From Eukaryota sp. GEM-RC1 (taxonomy: Eukaryota): a stretch of DNA of 64,000 bases. This document shows, one piece after another, positions 23,062 to 36,417 of this stretch (positions are counted from its first letter, which is position 1; each line of letters starts with the position of its first letter). The stretch spans positions 868,001 through 932,000 of the forward strand of contig JAUFOQ010000017.1 in assembly GCA_040285855.1 (NCBI GenBank). The letters run 5' to 3'. The notes below the pieces were generated by a model. It worked only from the letters and a program-made list of their open reading frames with translations. It was not told the DNA's origin and ran no database searches. Position numbers and translations under genes: made by a program.

Positions 23062-25911
23062 ATGACTTCCATCTGTTCAGTCGATGTAGGCTCTCACTCG
23101 ATCTGCTATACCACACTCGATGACAATGTTCTGAACACAGTCAGCTCTCTGCCGTTTGTTACCACTGTCGAATCATCCTCATTCCAGAAATGCAGTTGTC
23201 TTTTCTGAAAACAACTATGAAACTCCTACCACTCTGGCATCCACCAAATCACCAATGGATTCATTCCCTTCTCGTTGTTACCATAATACTAATATTCTTT
23301 TGGGTCTTCTACCAACCGATCTTCCTTCACTGAGCCTGCGTTTCCCGCTCATTCCTCCTCTTTCTCTACCGTACCAGTCCAACTCCAACATTGCGATCTC
23401 ACTCACATTCGACTCAGACCAACTTCGTCTCTCTCCATCAGAAGTTCTCGCTTTATCCCTATATGATATCAAGACCCGCATCACACAAGGTTCTTCCCCC
23501 TCCAGTACCATTTTCCCCATCCCAGAACATTGGAACAAGGACAAAGTCTCTGCCTTTCTGACATCACTACATCTTGCTTCATTCCCTTCCCCTCTTCTGA
23601 CTGATGCTGCGACTGCGTACGTCACTGCATATCACCATAAACAAACTCACAATCTTGAAAACTTTTCAACACGTGTTGTTTTTGTAGATGTTGGCTATTC
23701 TGGTACTACTCTTGTTGCTGCTGACGTTTCCAAAACTTCCTCACAAATATTGAAAATTTCATCAACTTCGCGTGTTGGAGGTGTGTTTTTGACAATCACG
23801 TCATAAATCACGTTGTTGATTTTCTTGATGAAGGGTATAAATTCAACTGTAGAGATAACCCGAAGGTGTTGCATAAAATCATGACAACGACGGTTGATCA
23901 TCGAATGTCGTTGTTTACACGGTTTAGAATTGAAGGATTATTTAGATATTTTTCAAAATTTGAGGGTGATCACTTTGATTTTTCGTATCCTATTAATCAA
24001 AAGAAGTATGAAACGATTTGTGATCCCCAGTTTTCGCAATTTTCCGACTTTTGCTCCAAATTTTATAAGGAATTAAAAAAAGAAGTTGGACAGTCTGCAA
24101 CTACCAAGGTTGTTTTGTTTGGTGGGTTTTCGTATATTTCAAAAATTCGATCAATTTTGAAATCTGTATTCGAAGTCGATGTACTTGAAAGTACAGTGAA
24201 AACAAAAGAAGATATGTCTCTCGGTGCTTGTTTGTACCGATGTGAGTCAGATGCTTTCCCAAAATTTCAAATTTCTCGGTTGGACGATCGAAGGGAGATG
24301 CTGACTGCTATGTCGGATGATTTTGTGTTATCACCATCTACAAAATCAAAATTTGCATCATCTTTTGAATTTTTACAAAATTTAAATTATGAGTTTTCTC
24401 AAAAAAATCTTCTGCTAAATACTGCTTCAGATTGGTCTATGAACTTAATCGAAGATTCTCTAGAAGAAGGAGAGAATCTTGTTGACGTTTCTCCATGGTT
24501 CTTCTTTTTGAACTCTTTAAAATCTGTTATTGAAGGACTTTTTGATACTTCATATGTGGATATCAAGGCAAAACTTCCAAAAATTGAAGAACTCACATCA
24601 TTTATTGGTTCCAAATGTCGGGAAATTTTAGAATCCATTGAAAACAATGATGCAGATTCCCCACTTATTAAATATTTTGCATCTATTATCGCTGGGGACT
24701 CAAAATCAGACCTACTGTCTCAGGATTCCGATTCTACTGATAACAAGTTTTACCTGTTACAACATCAGTTTCTTGAATGTTCTACTGTGAAGGGATTTTC
24801 GTCTCTTGCAACTAGATATAGTGATTACGTGGAATTGTTCAAAGATGACGAATTTTTAAAATTTTACTGTTCTTATCGTCAAGTGATTTGCCTCACCCGT
24901 TGCAATAAAGGTGGCCGTGCCTCGCAGATCTTTTATGATCTTCTTGTCTCAGCTGCTAAAAATCCTCTATTTTCGGCCACTTTATCAAATTTAAATATTG
25001 GACAATATCAACTGTTACCTGACAATTATTCCGTTATCCAAACTCAGTTCAATGATGGACATTTTACTGAAGCACTGTTTGCCCTGAATAGTTTATCAAC
25101 ATTTTTTAAAAGTCTGCCCCCTATTACTCTTTTAAAAGCTCAATGTGTCTGGTGTTTGACTGGGGACTATTATAAGTCGAACTCAATAGTTAATAGGTTG
25201 TTTTCTGGTAAGGTTCCCAAAGATATTTCTGTTTTCATGGTACGAATTTTTGAAATTAATGAACTTCGAGAAAAGGTATTTCTTTTAAACGATGATGATT
25301 TAAATTTAACCAAAGTTTACTGTACAAAGATTTTCGATTTGTCGTCTGCTATTCTCTGGAATTCTTTCATGTGTAGTTTTGCTAGAGTTTCTTCTATTAA
25401 CTGGAGTCTCAAACATGAAACTCAATTAACATTCCAAGATTTCCAGCATTTTCTTCAAAAAGTCAATGATATTCCCTCCTATTTGCCAATTAACAAAGAT
25501 CCTTTACAACAAACTCTGAAGGTACTTTGCACTGATGCATCTTCTCCACCCTCACTTGACCTTTCTTATGTCATTGACTTTGTCTCTACATCTGTACGTG
25601 GTTCTCTTCAACAAAAGAAAGCTCTTAGTCATTTAGTATCTCAAGTTAGATCAGGAATTTATGTGAGTCTTAATGATATAGAAAAATTAAAATCAAATGA
25701 TTTTTTCATTTATGTGTTTGTATTACTCGCTAATTACATGAATCATCATTGTAAGGAATCAAAGGAGTTACTGTTTAGTGTTTTGTCACCTAATTTTTCT
25801 CTTCAGATCGAATCATTTGATTCCCTGTTCAAAGTTTCGAGTGCAAGTTTTCGTCGTTTTGAGGAAAAAGTTGAACGGGCTATAGCTAAGAATTATTTGG
25901 AAATTGTGTAG
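23062..25911 (+). CDS. Divergent Hsp70/Hsp110-like actin-fold ATPase with a long helical C-terminus (frameshifted)
   Basis: SVDVGS at the N-terminus, VVFVDVGYSGT, GGVF(F)DNHVINH...NPKVL after one T is restored, VVLFGGFSYISKIR, SLGAC. Confidence 0.7.
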
Positions 25912-26004
25912 ATTTTAGTTGTATAGATTATGTGTAATTCTTTGTACAAATTTTCCTTTTTTCAATTCTTCGTTCCTTAACATTGATTCAAACGATTAAA
26001 AAAT

Positions 26005-26934
26005 GGATAAATGTCAAATATACTCATTTCCCAAATCAATAACTCACACATACTCAAAATGAAATCAAAAATTCATGACGGTTTTACACTATAATGACTC
26101 TCATACAAGGAGCTACCTTTCCATCCAAAGATCTCTGAAAACAAGCTGTACATGAAGAACTTACTGAAACAAGAACGAAGTTGTATAACAACACTGAAGC
26201 GCTACAGTGTACATTGCCAAGAAGACTTGTTTACATGGAAACCGTCCGATTCTGCTCCTGGATTAAAGCTGCCATGGGTTAATAAATCTATAAAATAGAA
26301 AAACAATCAATTTATTGGAAACAACTCGTAGAAAAGCTATGACCAAAATGAATGAAAGATTCAACAAACTTAAGAAAATGAAAACAATGTGCCAGAAGAT
26401 GTAAGAGTACTACTACAAAGGCAGCAGCTTTTCAGGTTGTTGCTTCGTTAACTTGTCCAACAGCAGATGTTCCTGTAAAGAGTGGCAGGAGAAGAAAGTC
26501 CAATGTGTTCACTTCGTCTGAAAGTACCACTAGTAGAGTTTATTGGTGCAGTACATCGAAACAGTCTCTTGAAGTTTTATGTCCGAAATTGTAGTGAGTT
26601 CGAGCAACAGGTAGCACCTACAATGGAAAAGCAGAAGAATGGTCCAGTTACTGAGAGGTAGAGGTCAAGAAGGAAGGATCCATGATGATATGGATGTAGT
26701 GTCTGTAAGCATCAAAGTGTCTGTAAGAAGAAGGGACATACTATGAAGTCATGCCAGAACAAGTTGATGAGTAGGTGATACAACAGTGGTTATAAGAAAT
26801 ACAGGGAGATTGAAGAAGCAGAGATTTATGTGGATATTGACTGAGTACAGATTGAGTATGGTTTGAATTTTTGATTTCAGTTTGAGTAGGTGTGAAATAT
26901 TGATTTGTGGAATGAGTATAAATGAATTTTACCC
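26005..26934. mobile_element. Non-autonomous Mutator-like element (MULE/MITE)
   Basis: ~70-bp imperfect TIRs beginning GG (26005-26076 vs 26864-26934) and 9-bp TSD TTAAAAAAT at 25996-26004 and 26935-26943. Confidence 0.85.
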
Positions 26935-27063
26935 TTAAAAAATTTGTATTATATTACTTTATGGATACATTTAAACACCCTCTCCTCATTCTTCAAACAC
27001 ACTAACGGAATTTAAGGCATTGAACTCTACATGTTAATTTACAAACTCTATGTTTCAATTAGA

Positions 27064-27226
27064 TTACCAATTTGATTTAATTTCGGTATAACCCCAATTT
27101 GATTCAACAACAGTAGAATGCCAGGTTGATTGAACATCAGTAGAATCCCAATTTGGTTGAACATCAGTAGAATGCCAGGTTGATTGAATATCAGTAGAAT
27201 CCCAATTAAATTCAACAACAGTAGAA
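27064..27226 (-). repeat. 27-bp (9-aa) coding repeats at the C-terminus of exonuclease copy 1
   Basis: WDSTDIQST WHSTDVQPN WDSTDVQST WHSTVVESN WGYTEIKSNW. Confidence 0.85.
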
Positions 27227-29787
27227 CCCCGGTTGGAAGGAGGGAATCCTAACTCATCACCAGAATCATTGGGAAGACTTGTTTCACTACTTTGAGATTG
27301 GTTCTTTTTAGATTTCTTTTTTTCCTTCTTTGGTTTCTTTTCTTTCTTTGGCTTAGGTGGATTCTCTACAGGATTAGTTGTATCATCAGCCTTGATTTTA
27401 GCTTTTCTTTCACGTTTGATATTTTCCTTTTTAGTTTCGGTATATTTGGTAAAGGGTACTGATAGCAAATCTTCTCGAAAAGTACGATCCTTAGCTAGTA
27501 AACGTTCCATGGCAAAGACTTGGTCCAAAGTAGAAAATAGAAGTGAAATTCTGACTAGAGGTTTAGATTTGCGGGGTAATACCGAAGCAGTCCTACACAT
27601 TTTAAATCTGTCGAATAAAGCTATAGTTCCTGAAAAAATTGTAGTAAAGAACTCTGGTTCAACAGAAAAAATCACAGGAAGTGAAGTAACTGGAGGTATA
27701 GCTGACGATTTTAGTACTACTAATCCAAGACAATCACTTTGATAGATGACGTTATCATGATTAATTGAAGAATCAGAGGGGACAACTACGATGTCTTTAG
27801 GATCGTGATCAATACTGGTTTGCATTTGAACTAACTCAAGAACGTCAGAAGATAGTTCACAAGGTTTCATAGCAAAAGATTTAGACCGTAGATTAGAATC
27901 ATCATTTACATTTTTGAACCAGTAATGAAGAATAAAAGTCAAACTAACTACAGGCTCCAATGAAGAAAACACTGGAAATTGATGAAATATTGGAACAAGA
28001 TGAGATAGGAACATAGAAACCGAATCTTTTGAACGTCGATTAGTAGAAATAACACGGTCAAAAACTAAACGTGGAACTAAAGTAGATCGATCAACAACAT
28101 TGGTAAAGTTCTGTAAAAGAAGAAATCAGCCACGTCTTGAGGAGTACAAGAAAGTCCGACGAAGTCTTTAGAAATGACGTTATTGGAAAGTAAATCTAAT
28201 AATAGAGGCGGAAGAATATGATCAATTCCAACTTCAAAATTTAAAATAACAGTTTCAGATGCCAAAATAATTTGATCAATTACTTTAACGACAGACCTCA
28301 CAAAGACTGTAACTCTGGGATTTGTTGGACAAATTGAGTTGAATAGAGTCTGAATTGCAGCTTCAGAATTACTTTGAGAAGCAGTAATGCTAAAGTAACT
28401 AGCACTAGGAAGATCTGAACAAACAGGGTAACGGTTTGGATTATTAGCGAATAGATGGATCAATTTAATCTCAATTGCCTGATCTAAAACACCAGAAATA
28501 ACCTTACCAGAGAGCATTTCTTTGGTTACTGTAAGTTGTTCAACACTAACTAATGATGAAGTGTCAATAGCAAGAGCCAGGACATTATAGGCAAGTGAAG
28601 CAAAATATTTTGAATATTTCAGAGGAGTAAGCACGGCAATGAACGACTTTCGAACCTTCTTTTCGGATAACAAAGGAAGTAGAATTCTAACACACAAGTT
28701 TACGATAGAAGAAGCTGTAAAGTCACGTTTTTCAAAGAAGAAGGAGAAATCCTGTGATGGTTGTAGACTTTGAACATAACTATAGTTTGAAGGATGAGAG
28801 AGAATATTAAAAAGAACAGAAACAAAAGAACGTACAGATTGAGAAAGTTGTTCCACTGTGCTAGACCCACTGAGGTCATCAGATTCACTCCCCCTTAAGT
28901 TCAGGACTATCAGAACAGACAGGTTTTAACGTGCTTAACCATGAGGTAGAGCGAGCAGAACGTTTATGGTGAGACACAAGTTTAGTGGTTCGGAAAGGAT
29001 GTTCGGGATCTTCAGTAGGTGCTGATTTGGAGTAAACACAAGCATCGTTCGTGGGATCATCAGTTATCCCATGGGATATCTTTAGATAATAGTTGAAGGC
29101 GATCCAGAAAGCGTCAAGAGCAGCATATTCGATCTGTTTCTCGCTAAGGATTTCCTCACTCCAATTACTCATCGTTATGGATTTACTTCTTTCACACAGT
29201 AATGTGTAGCCATGAGCAGCAAACGTTGAGAGTGGATGGGAAGGGATGCCTAAATCAGCCTGTCCCTTTCCTACTTTTCTGGCATAAATGGTTCCAACTT
29301 TATGGAAATACGGTTCCACATCATAAGGTGAGACTACATCAACGCCCCAGAGTTCTTTCATTCGTAGGATGTCTTGTTCTGGATTTTTGAAGACCTTAAT
29401 GATGTTGGAATCGATCAGTATATGTGTGATATCTTGATGTAAGGTAACAATACCGTGGATCTGAATGACCATGGAAATTGATGGAGTTCCAAGTTGGAGT
29501 ACATCCAATGTATTGTGTCTCCATTCTGAATCTACAGAAATGAAGGGATGATCAGAAGGAATGCTTTGTTTGAGAAGGGAAATATAATCGGGAATGAGTG
29601 AGATATCATCCCGCATTGAAAACAGATAAACAGGGATGGGTTCAAGCTCTTGGACAAATCGAACATGACTGTGAGCTTTCACTTCTTCTTGGGGAGCAAT
29701 ACTCAGGGAGGAGTATTGATCAAGATCGTTCTCAGAGTCAGAAGAGTCGAATATAAGCTTGAATAAGTCAATCGTTGTTCATACCAT
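27064..29787 (-). CDS. DEDDy 3'-5' exonuclease (WRN-exo/EXD2-like) family, copy 1; 27-nt intron 29758-29784; frameshifted
   Basis: ISVDSEW (ExoI), KNPEQD (ExoII), SNWS...QIEYAALDA (ExoIII); ATG|gtatga...aag|CTTATATTC. Confidence 0.85.
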
Positions 29788-30969
29788 TAACGAAAATGTA
29801 TTTGAAAATATCTCTTCAAAAACTTTGATTTATTCGACATTACACAAAGGTCTCCGCTTTTAGTTTTTAAGTATCATAGCATTAATAGTTTTTCGTTGTT
29901 TGCAGTCCAGAATGAATTGGGAAATCAATTATCCAATAATGCTCAGTAATGTGGAATTTCCCCGATCAATTAAGACCGACGAATAATGGTGGAATTGATC
30001 CTTGGTGAATTATTTAACTTTCGGTACTCGAAGCTATTTTTATAGTTAGAAATCAATATAACAGCTGTCAGTTTGATTTAATGTTTAACATATGGTCAGA
30101 AGGAACAATTCTGTATTCCGTATTTTACCTACAAGAAGGCGACATTGGGAAAAGTGGAAAAACACTGTGCAACGGTATAGCGCCTTGAACGTAATACTTT
30201 GGAGATCATGAATTATTGAAATACATAAAAGTATAGAGTATTCCCAGGTCGGGCTGGAATCACACCGCAGTGAAGTTAGATAAGGTTGACACAGCTTGTG
30301 ACTTTGTGATGTTTCTACACAAGAGTACATTGTAATTGAAGATTTGCCGACTCTGTTGCTGGTACTGTAACGTAGATGATAGAGAAACAGTAAAATTAGG
30401 AGGAAAACAAGCATTAATGTCTCTTCAGTTCTACAGTAAGACCACCAACGATCTTCTATCATTTATAAATGTACAGAAAGAACATATTCCCTGCATATGG
30501 AGTAATTTACGGTAATACCAAAAACAGAGTCCGTATTACAGCAGTGGTCACATCCCTGACATTACATTTGACAACTACAAATTACAACACTCTCAATGTC
30601 TTTAGAGCGACTCACATCTATTAAAACCCATCAGTCCCTAAAGATGATGGAAAACTAATGTGAGCACCGAAGAACGCACCAAGAAAATTCCTGCCATCAA
30701 AAAGGACATGAAAGCAGAAAACACTGTGCTCGCTGTAAGAAGTTCAAAGACATGTCTGAATGTAGATTTAATATTTAGAATGTTGATTTTATAATATTAT
30801 AAAAATATGATTAAGACAAGTGAAATATAGGTAAAAGGAAAGCAGAGAAAGGCTGTTCACATCATCCATACAAGAACTTGCTTGTTTGACTTGCTAAAGA
30901 AGCACCGTTCAACCAACCACCAAGAAGCCCCTCCTCTCAAAAAGCTTCGTAGTAAAGAAGACGATTCAA

Positions 30970-31911
30970 ATGCAAAATCATCCTCCAACAAAGAATCAGT
31001 GGATTCTAATCAATGGACTCCTAAAGTACAAGAAACAGCGTTTACATTCGAGTACTGACCCACTTCTCAAAACAGAATATCAACACAGTACAGATGATCT
31101 TTTTACGACTTCTGTAGAGGGTTTGCAACAGTGTCCATGTAACGATCCTGATCTTTTTCTGGAAAAATTCCATTCAGCAGTACGGAGTTACGCTACCGCT
31201 ATTCTAAGTGAAGCTAAGTCAAAGTATAACTCTTTTATTGGGTATTAATTTGATGTAAAAATCAGTGCTGTAACCAAGAGATTGATCCATGAATTAGAGC
31301 TAAAGTTTTCCAATATTCTACATCTGAATCTAAATCTTCATACTATGTTGTTGCTTTAGATGAAGTTGGGACCCTTATATCAAAGGTTGCTGGCAACATT
31401 TCTTGTAATCAATAAAGATGTCTTCGATATGCTGCTAGGAATTTGATTTCGTCTGGTCTCCATTGTGTCCTTATAGTTACTGGTACGAACTTATCATTAA
31501 ATTACTTCGTTCAAGATCCGATTCAACAAGATTTTTACCGAATTGAAGAATCTTCGATAAAGAAGTCTATAAAACCTCCAGCCACATGGTCACCATTTCT
31601 GGATGACTTTCATGTAATTAATTCTATCCAATTATTTGGAACTCATGAAGGTCTATTAAAACTTTACATTGTCCCTTTGCTTACTGTTCGAGACTGTATT
31701 TCCACTAGACCGCTTTGGAATGCTTATGCATATAGTGCACTCAGCCAGAATCCTACCCCTAAAGCTTTTGTTGGTGAAGTTCTCTCCACAATATCATCTA
31801 AAGTGTGATGGAGCAGAAAAGATAGAATTAACACGTCACATGTACTATTCGGTATCTATAAAAAACGACTTCTTCGTACTACTTATACTTTTCCTGGAGG
31901 TAGAGCATTGA
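30970..31911 (+). pseudogene. Decayed ORF with a Walker-B-like motif
   Basis: Fragments include YVVALDEVGTL near 31345; a similar LVLLLDEGGSL lies in 56959-57423. Confidence 0.3.
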
Positions 31912-32613
31912 AAACCTCACTTAAAATCTAATTGAATATTCAGAAGTTCCAAAACGACTCTTTTATCTAAAGAACAGTTGGTCAAAAGTTTTGAAAAAGA
32001 TTAAAAGTGAGGGAAATTACTTCCTCCACCTAGTGAACTTAAAAGCAGTTTCTAGACGAATGAAGTGCATTCAAGACCTTTGAGATGAAGGAAACAAACA
32101 CTACTCGAATTCTTCATGTCTCCAAGAGTGATCGTAAGTGACGCATTCATAAAAACCACTCCATTCAACAGCTTCATGGGAAATCCATGACGGAAGAAGC
32201 ACAGAAAGAAGGTGGAAACTCACAAAAATCCATCCCTACAGAGTCCGATTCAGAACAACATATGATGAACTCTAAGTAAGCATCGAATATGTTAGAGAGA
32301 TGTAAACATCCATAAGCTCAAGGGGGGTAACGTGTTAAAGACGTGTTTTTTAAGGTGAGGGGGGAAATTGAGGTGGGGGGAAGAGAGTTAAGTCTCACTG
32401 TGCGGTAAATTTGGAACACACAGAAGGATGATACTATATTCACAATACAGAGAAATATGGTCCCATCATCTTTTTTTCTGGAAGACACAAACAATAAGAT
32501 ATCTCAGAGAACGCTGCGGTGTAGAATCTACCTCAATCGAGTCAGTTGGTATACTCTGATTGATGATGAATTGACGTAGAAAATGCGAAGTTTGATGTTC
32601 GGTCCAACATTTT

Positions 32614-34077
32614 ATGGAAGACGTTAACTACAAATTACAACACTACCAAATGTCTTCCTCCTTTGGATTCTCCCCAGCCAAAGTACTGTCCGATCTTCTC
32701 TTCAACGAAGAACTCTCTGATCAGCAAATTCTCTTCAACGATGAACTTTTGTATGTCAACCGCAACGTTCTTGCTCTCAACTGCAAGTATTTCCATGATA
32801 TGTGGTCTATGGAGTTCAAGGACAAACACGAGACTTCTTTGGATCTTTCCAATCTGCCTGTGTCTGCCTCTTCTCTAATCACATTCTTACGATCTCTTTA
32901 TGGTCAAGATGCGGAGATCAACGTAGAAAATGCATATGATTTCTTTTACTTATCACACTACTTCAAATGTGATGTTCTTTCTTTTCAAATCACGTCCGCT
33001 CTTAATTCGTCACTATTAGACACACAATACTTGTCTAACTTCATCTCTAATGCCAACAAAATAGATGATCTTCGTGCACTTTTGTTTGCAGGTCCTTTTC
33101 TTCAGAAAGTTTCTTCACTTCGTCCTCTTTGTCTTTCGACTTCTTTTCTTGTTTCTATAAACGAGAGCGAGTTTTGTGGGTCTAAGGAAAGTCTTGGCTG
33201 GTTTGTCAAAAGTCTGGTGAAGTCAATCGAAGAAGATTATTTTGATTGTTCTGAATTGGAAGGTGTTTTGAACTCAATCAAAATTGATTTGATTGAATGG
33301 AATGATTGGAATGAATTGTTACTCTCACCACTACAAAAATTTGAAAATTGTAAGGAAGTTTTGATGAACTTTCATTTAGAACGTCTACGTACACAATTTT
33401 TTGGAGAGATTGACAGTGAAAATGAACATACTCCAAAGATCAATGTTGAAATTCAAAAAAAATTGGATTCTGTCATTTTGGAAAATCTAAAAATGAAACA
33501 AAAATTGGATTTCCTTTTGCAAGACCATCAAAAAAGTAATGAATCTCTCTTGAACAAGATCAAAAAATTAGAGAAAGATAATGAGATACTTAGAAACTGT
33601 TTCACTCCAATGTCTTTTTCTCCTCAACATAAACATTCTGATATTGTTATATCGAACTCTGGTAAAATGATATCCTTCACTGGAAGCAATGAGTGCCGAT
33701 CAATTCTAGGTGATAAACCCTTGGTGAAAGGAGGTGTTTACAAGTGGAAAGTTAGGTATCGCAATATGAGTCATTATGCTGTGTTTATTGGAATTGTTCC
33801 ACTTTCGAACTTTAATTCGTCATCCCATCCGGGTGACATGGTCCATTCAAAGTACATCCGTGACAAGTGTCAACAATATATTTCAGGAATGTTTTCTAAT
33901 TGGCAAATTGGAGATGTATTAGAATTAACTGCTGACATGAGGAATAATACATTTGCAATCAAGGAAATCATTTCTGGATATATTGACTTGATCACGTACT
34001 TTGATGACGTGGATGATGATTACTATCCTCTTTTCTGTCTCTATGACTCTACTCAAGCAATTGAAATAATTGATTGA
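32614..34077 (+). CDS. BTB/POZ domain - coiled coil - SPRY/B30.2-like protein
   Basis: N-terminal SD...VNRNVLALNCKYFHDMW...FLRSLYG...LSHYF (BTB); C-terminal GVYKWKV...VFIGIV...GDVLELTADM...YYPLF. The start may be the ATG at 32650. Confidence 0.85.
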   Translation: MEDVNYKLQHYQMSSSFGFSPAKVLSDLLFNEELSDQQILFNDELLYVNRNVLALNCKYFHDMWSMEFKDKHETSLDLSNLPVSASSLITFLRSLYGQDAEINVENAYDFFYLSHYFKCDVLSFQITSALNSSLLDTQYLSNFISNANKIDDLRALLFAGPFLQKVSSLRPLCLSTSFLVSINESEFCGSKESLGWFVKSLVKSIEEDYFDCSELEGVLNSIKIDLIEWNDWNELLLSPLQKFENCKEVLMNFHLERLRTQFFGEIDSENEHTPKINVEIQKKLDSVILENLKMKQKLDFLLQDHQKSNESLLNKIKKLEKDNEILRNCFTPMSFSPQHKHSDIVISNSGKMISFTGSNECRSILGDKPLVKGGVYKWKVRYRNMSHYAVFIGIVPLSNFNSSSHPGDMVHSKYIRDKCQQYISGMFSNWQIGDVLELTADMRNNTFAIKEIISGYIDLITYFDDVDDDYYPLFCLYDSTQAIEIID

Positions 34078-36417
34078 TTGTTATAGTTGATTTTAACTGT
34101 CTCCTTGTAACTTTTTTTTAGTAACACTAGTTTTGTTTAAGTAGTGTGGACTTATTTTAAAAATAAAAGAGAAGTGGCTTCAAAAGTTGTGATCACAATA
34201 ATGCAGTAACATTTGAGATTTTGTTAATGTATTCAATTCGTGGGAATTCAATAAACTGTTGTTCTTTACTTAGAAAACACAAGTTAAAATCTTTCCAAAA
34301 ATGAAGACTGTCGTCATCAATGTAACGATGAAATAATTATGCAATCTGATTAAGATCAAGATCTCAAAAGGGAAGAAAATCGTCCTAGTCTGATGCAGGG
34401 AATTTTTGTTGGCATATTGGACCTAATGAGTTCGGTTTTCTAAGTGTGGACGTTACAGACTCTTTAGCACTGTATTGCGTTTCGGCAGACCAACATGTTG
34501 GAAAAAAGCTATCCCTTTACGCAGTGTAACTGTTGCCACGTGGCAACGACAAAGTTGAACCAACACTTAATCTCAAGAATAAAGAGGATATCTGCAGGTT
34601 GCTTCCAGTTGTCATAGAAGAAATGGTTTATTTGGTTAAGATACGCAAACAGAAAATGAAATGGAGTAGTATATTCCAGTCAATCCACTAGCAGATCAAA
34701 CTGATTCAACGCACATGCATGCTAAAGATAATATGTGAATCATGCTGATCAATCAATGTTACGTAACAATCAATCATACAATACTATTGACAGTAAACAA
34801 TGATGGGTAGTGATATCAATGATACACTAAAAGCAGGTCATCATCACATTGTTGATCAAATGGACAGCTCCGATGCTTGATGGTAACATTGACAGACTCT
34901 ATCAGTAATAAAGTATCACAATAAAAAAAACGGATTTATGTGCGGAGAAAAACACATAATAAGTTAAGTACAAATAGATAAACACTATTAAAACAAATTA
35001 TCAAACGAACTACCTAATTCCGAAAAGTAGTTGCCTCCAAACAACTTGGACAAAATGGAATCAACATATCTATACATAGACCTAAAAATCGAAAAAGCAA
35101 ATTTACTCTTCCAGTACGATCTGTTAAACTTCTTGCCAAGTTCTGAACACAAATTAATAAGCATAGACTCAATCAGAAAAGTCCATCTGAAACGTCATTT
35201 TAATCATCTTCAGTTGAATGTCTTCAAAGTCTAAAAAACATACCTCTTGATTTAAGCTCTTCATTGCTTATACATGTGATACCTTGTTTGGCTCTGTATA
35301 CAAATAGAAAAAGTTGTTCGAACTGTTTTTGAACAGCTTCGAAAGTGAAATTAGAGATGGTCAAAGTTGAATCGACAATTCATCTAATGTTAATAATTTG
35401 AAAATAATAATTCAACACATAAACAATAATAAAAACGGAGTTTTGTGCGAGCAAATTGCTCTGATGATGATAACCGTATATTTTAATTTATTTTGTCATT
35501 TACTACTTTGTTTTTATAAATTGAAATCAATTAATTTATTAATTAATTCCACTAAGCGCCATATTAATTGATATCTTATACTTTGAACCATAGTTGCAAA
35601 ATACACGGACAAAATATTAATATAATACAGAATACAAAAATACAATACATATACAGACTACAAATACAATACACAATACTGTATTAAGTGTATTTTTTTC
35701 TTGTAATTACAAGTATTAAACTAAGTGTATTGAGAGTCCAACGACTGCAAACGTGATTGTTCTTCAGGGTTATCATGGTTCACCTCTTCGGTACATATTC
35801 TTAGACTTTTTTTCATTTACCAACCCAATTGTTATTTCGATTCTAAAATGCACCGAGGGTTCAAATGTTCATTTGGTCCACGGAAAGACCTGACGTGGAG
35901 TTATACAGTTATAAAATGTGACTTTGGACACTTTTTGTCTCGTACATTAGTGGTAAATCATCTTAATATACCGCTTGTAGGTAAACAAGTATAAACTCGA
36001 AATCACAGTCCCCAAAGACTACCCGTACCTCTTCAAAACAGGATCAAACTGAGTGTCGTGCAGCTCGTCTCATCAGGGTTTTGAATCTTCATCACTGACT
36101 GTCAGTAGTGAAACTACATTGCACAACTTCACATGGTTTGGTATTTTTGAATTCTTTGGACTGAACATTGCTAAACGTTTCTAAATTTTTGTTACTTGAC
36201 TTTGATCGGTGTTTCACTTATTAGTCATCTAGCATGCGCCGTTGACGTAAAAACCAAAAAATAGTCAGTACCTCTCCAAGATACAAACTTGTACTATCTT
36301 TTGTTCATTGGAACATTTTGGAAACTCTAGCTGTTCTAAAAATGGAAACATGTTTAAGAAACAACTTCAATTTTTAATATACAACTTTATTGGTTACTCT
36401 TGATAACTTAGCTAAAT

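Noticed and set aside
32321..32402. G-rich tract ending CACTGTG (Transib-like right end)
   Set aside because: No matching left end or TSD found.
34532..34547. 16-bp perfect palindrome GTTGCCACGTGGCAAC
   Set aside because: Isolated, with no supporting context.
35590..35747. AATAC-rich tract ending in a hAT-like terminus (CCAACGACTG)
   Set aside because: No partner TIR or TSD seen.
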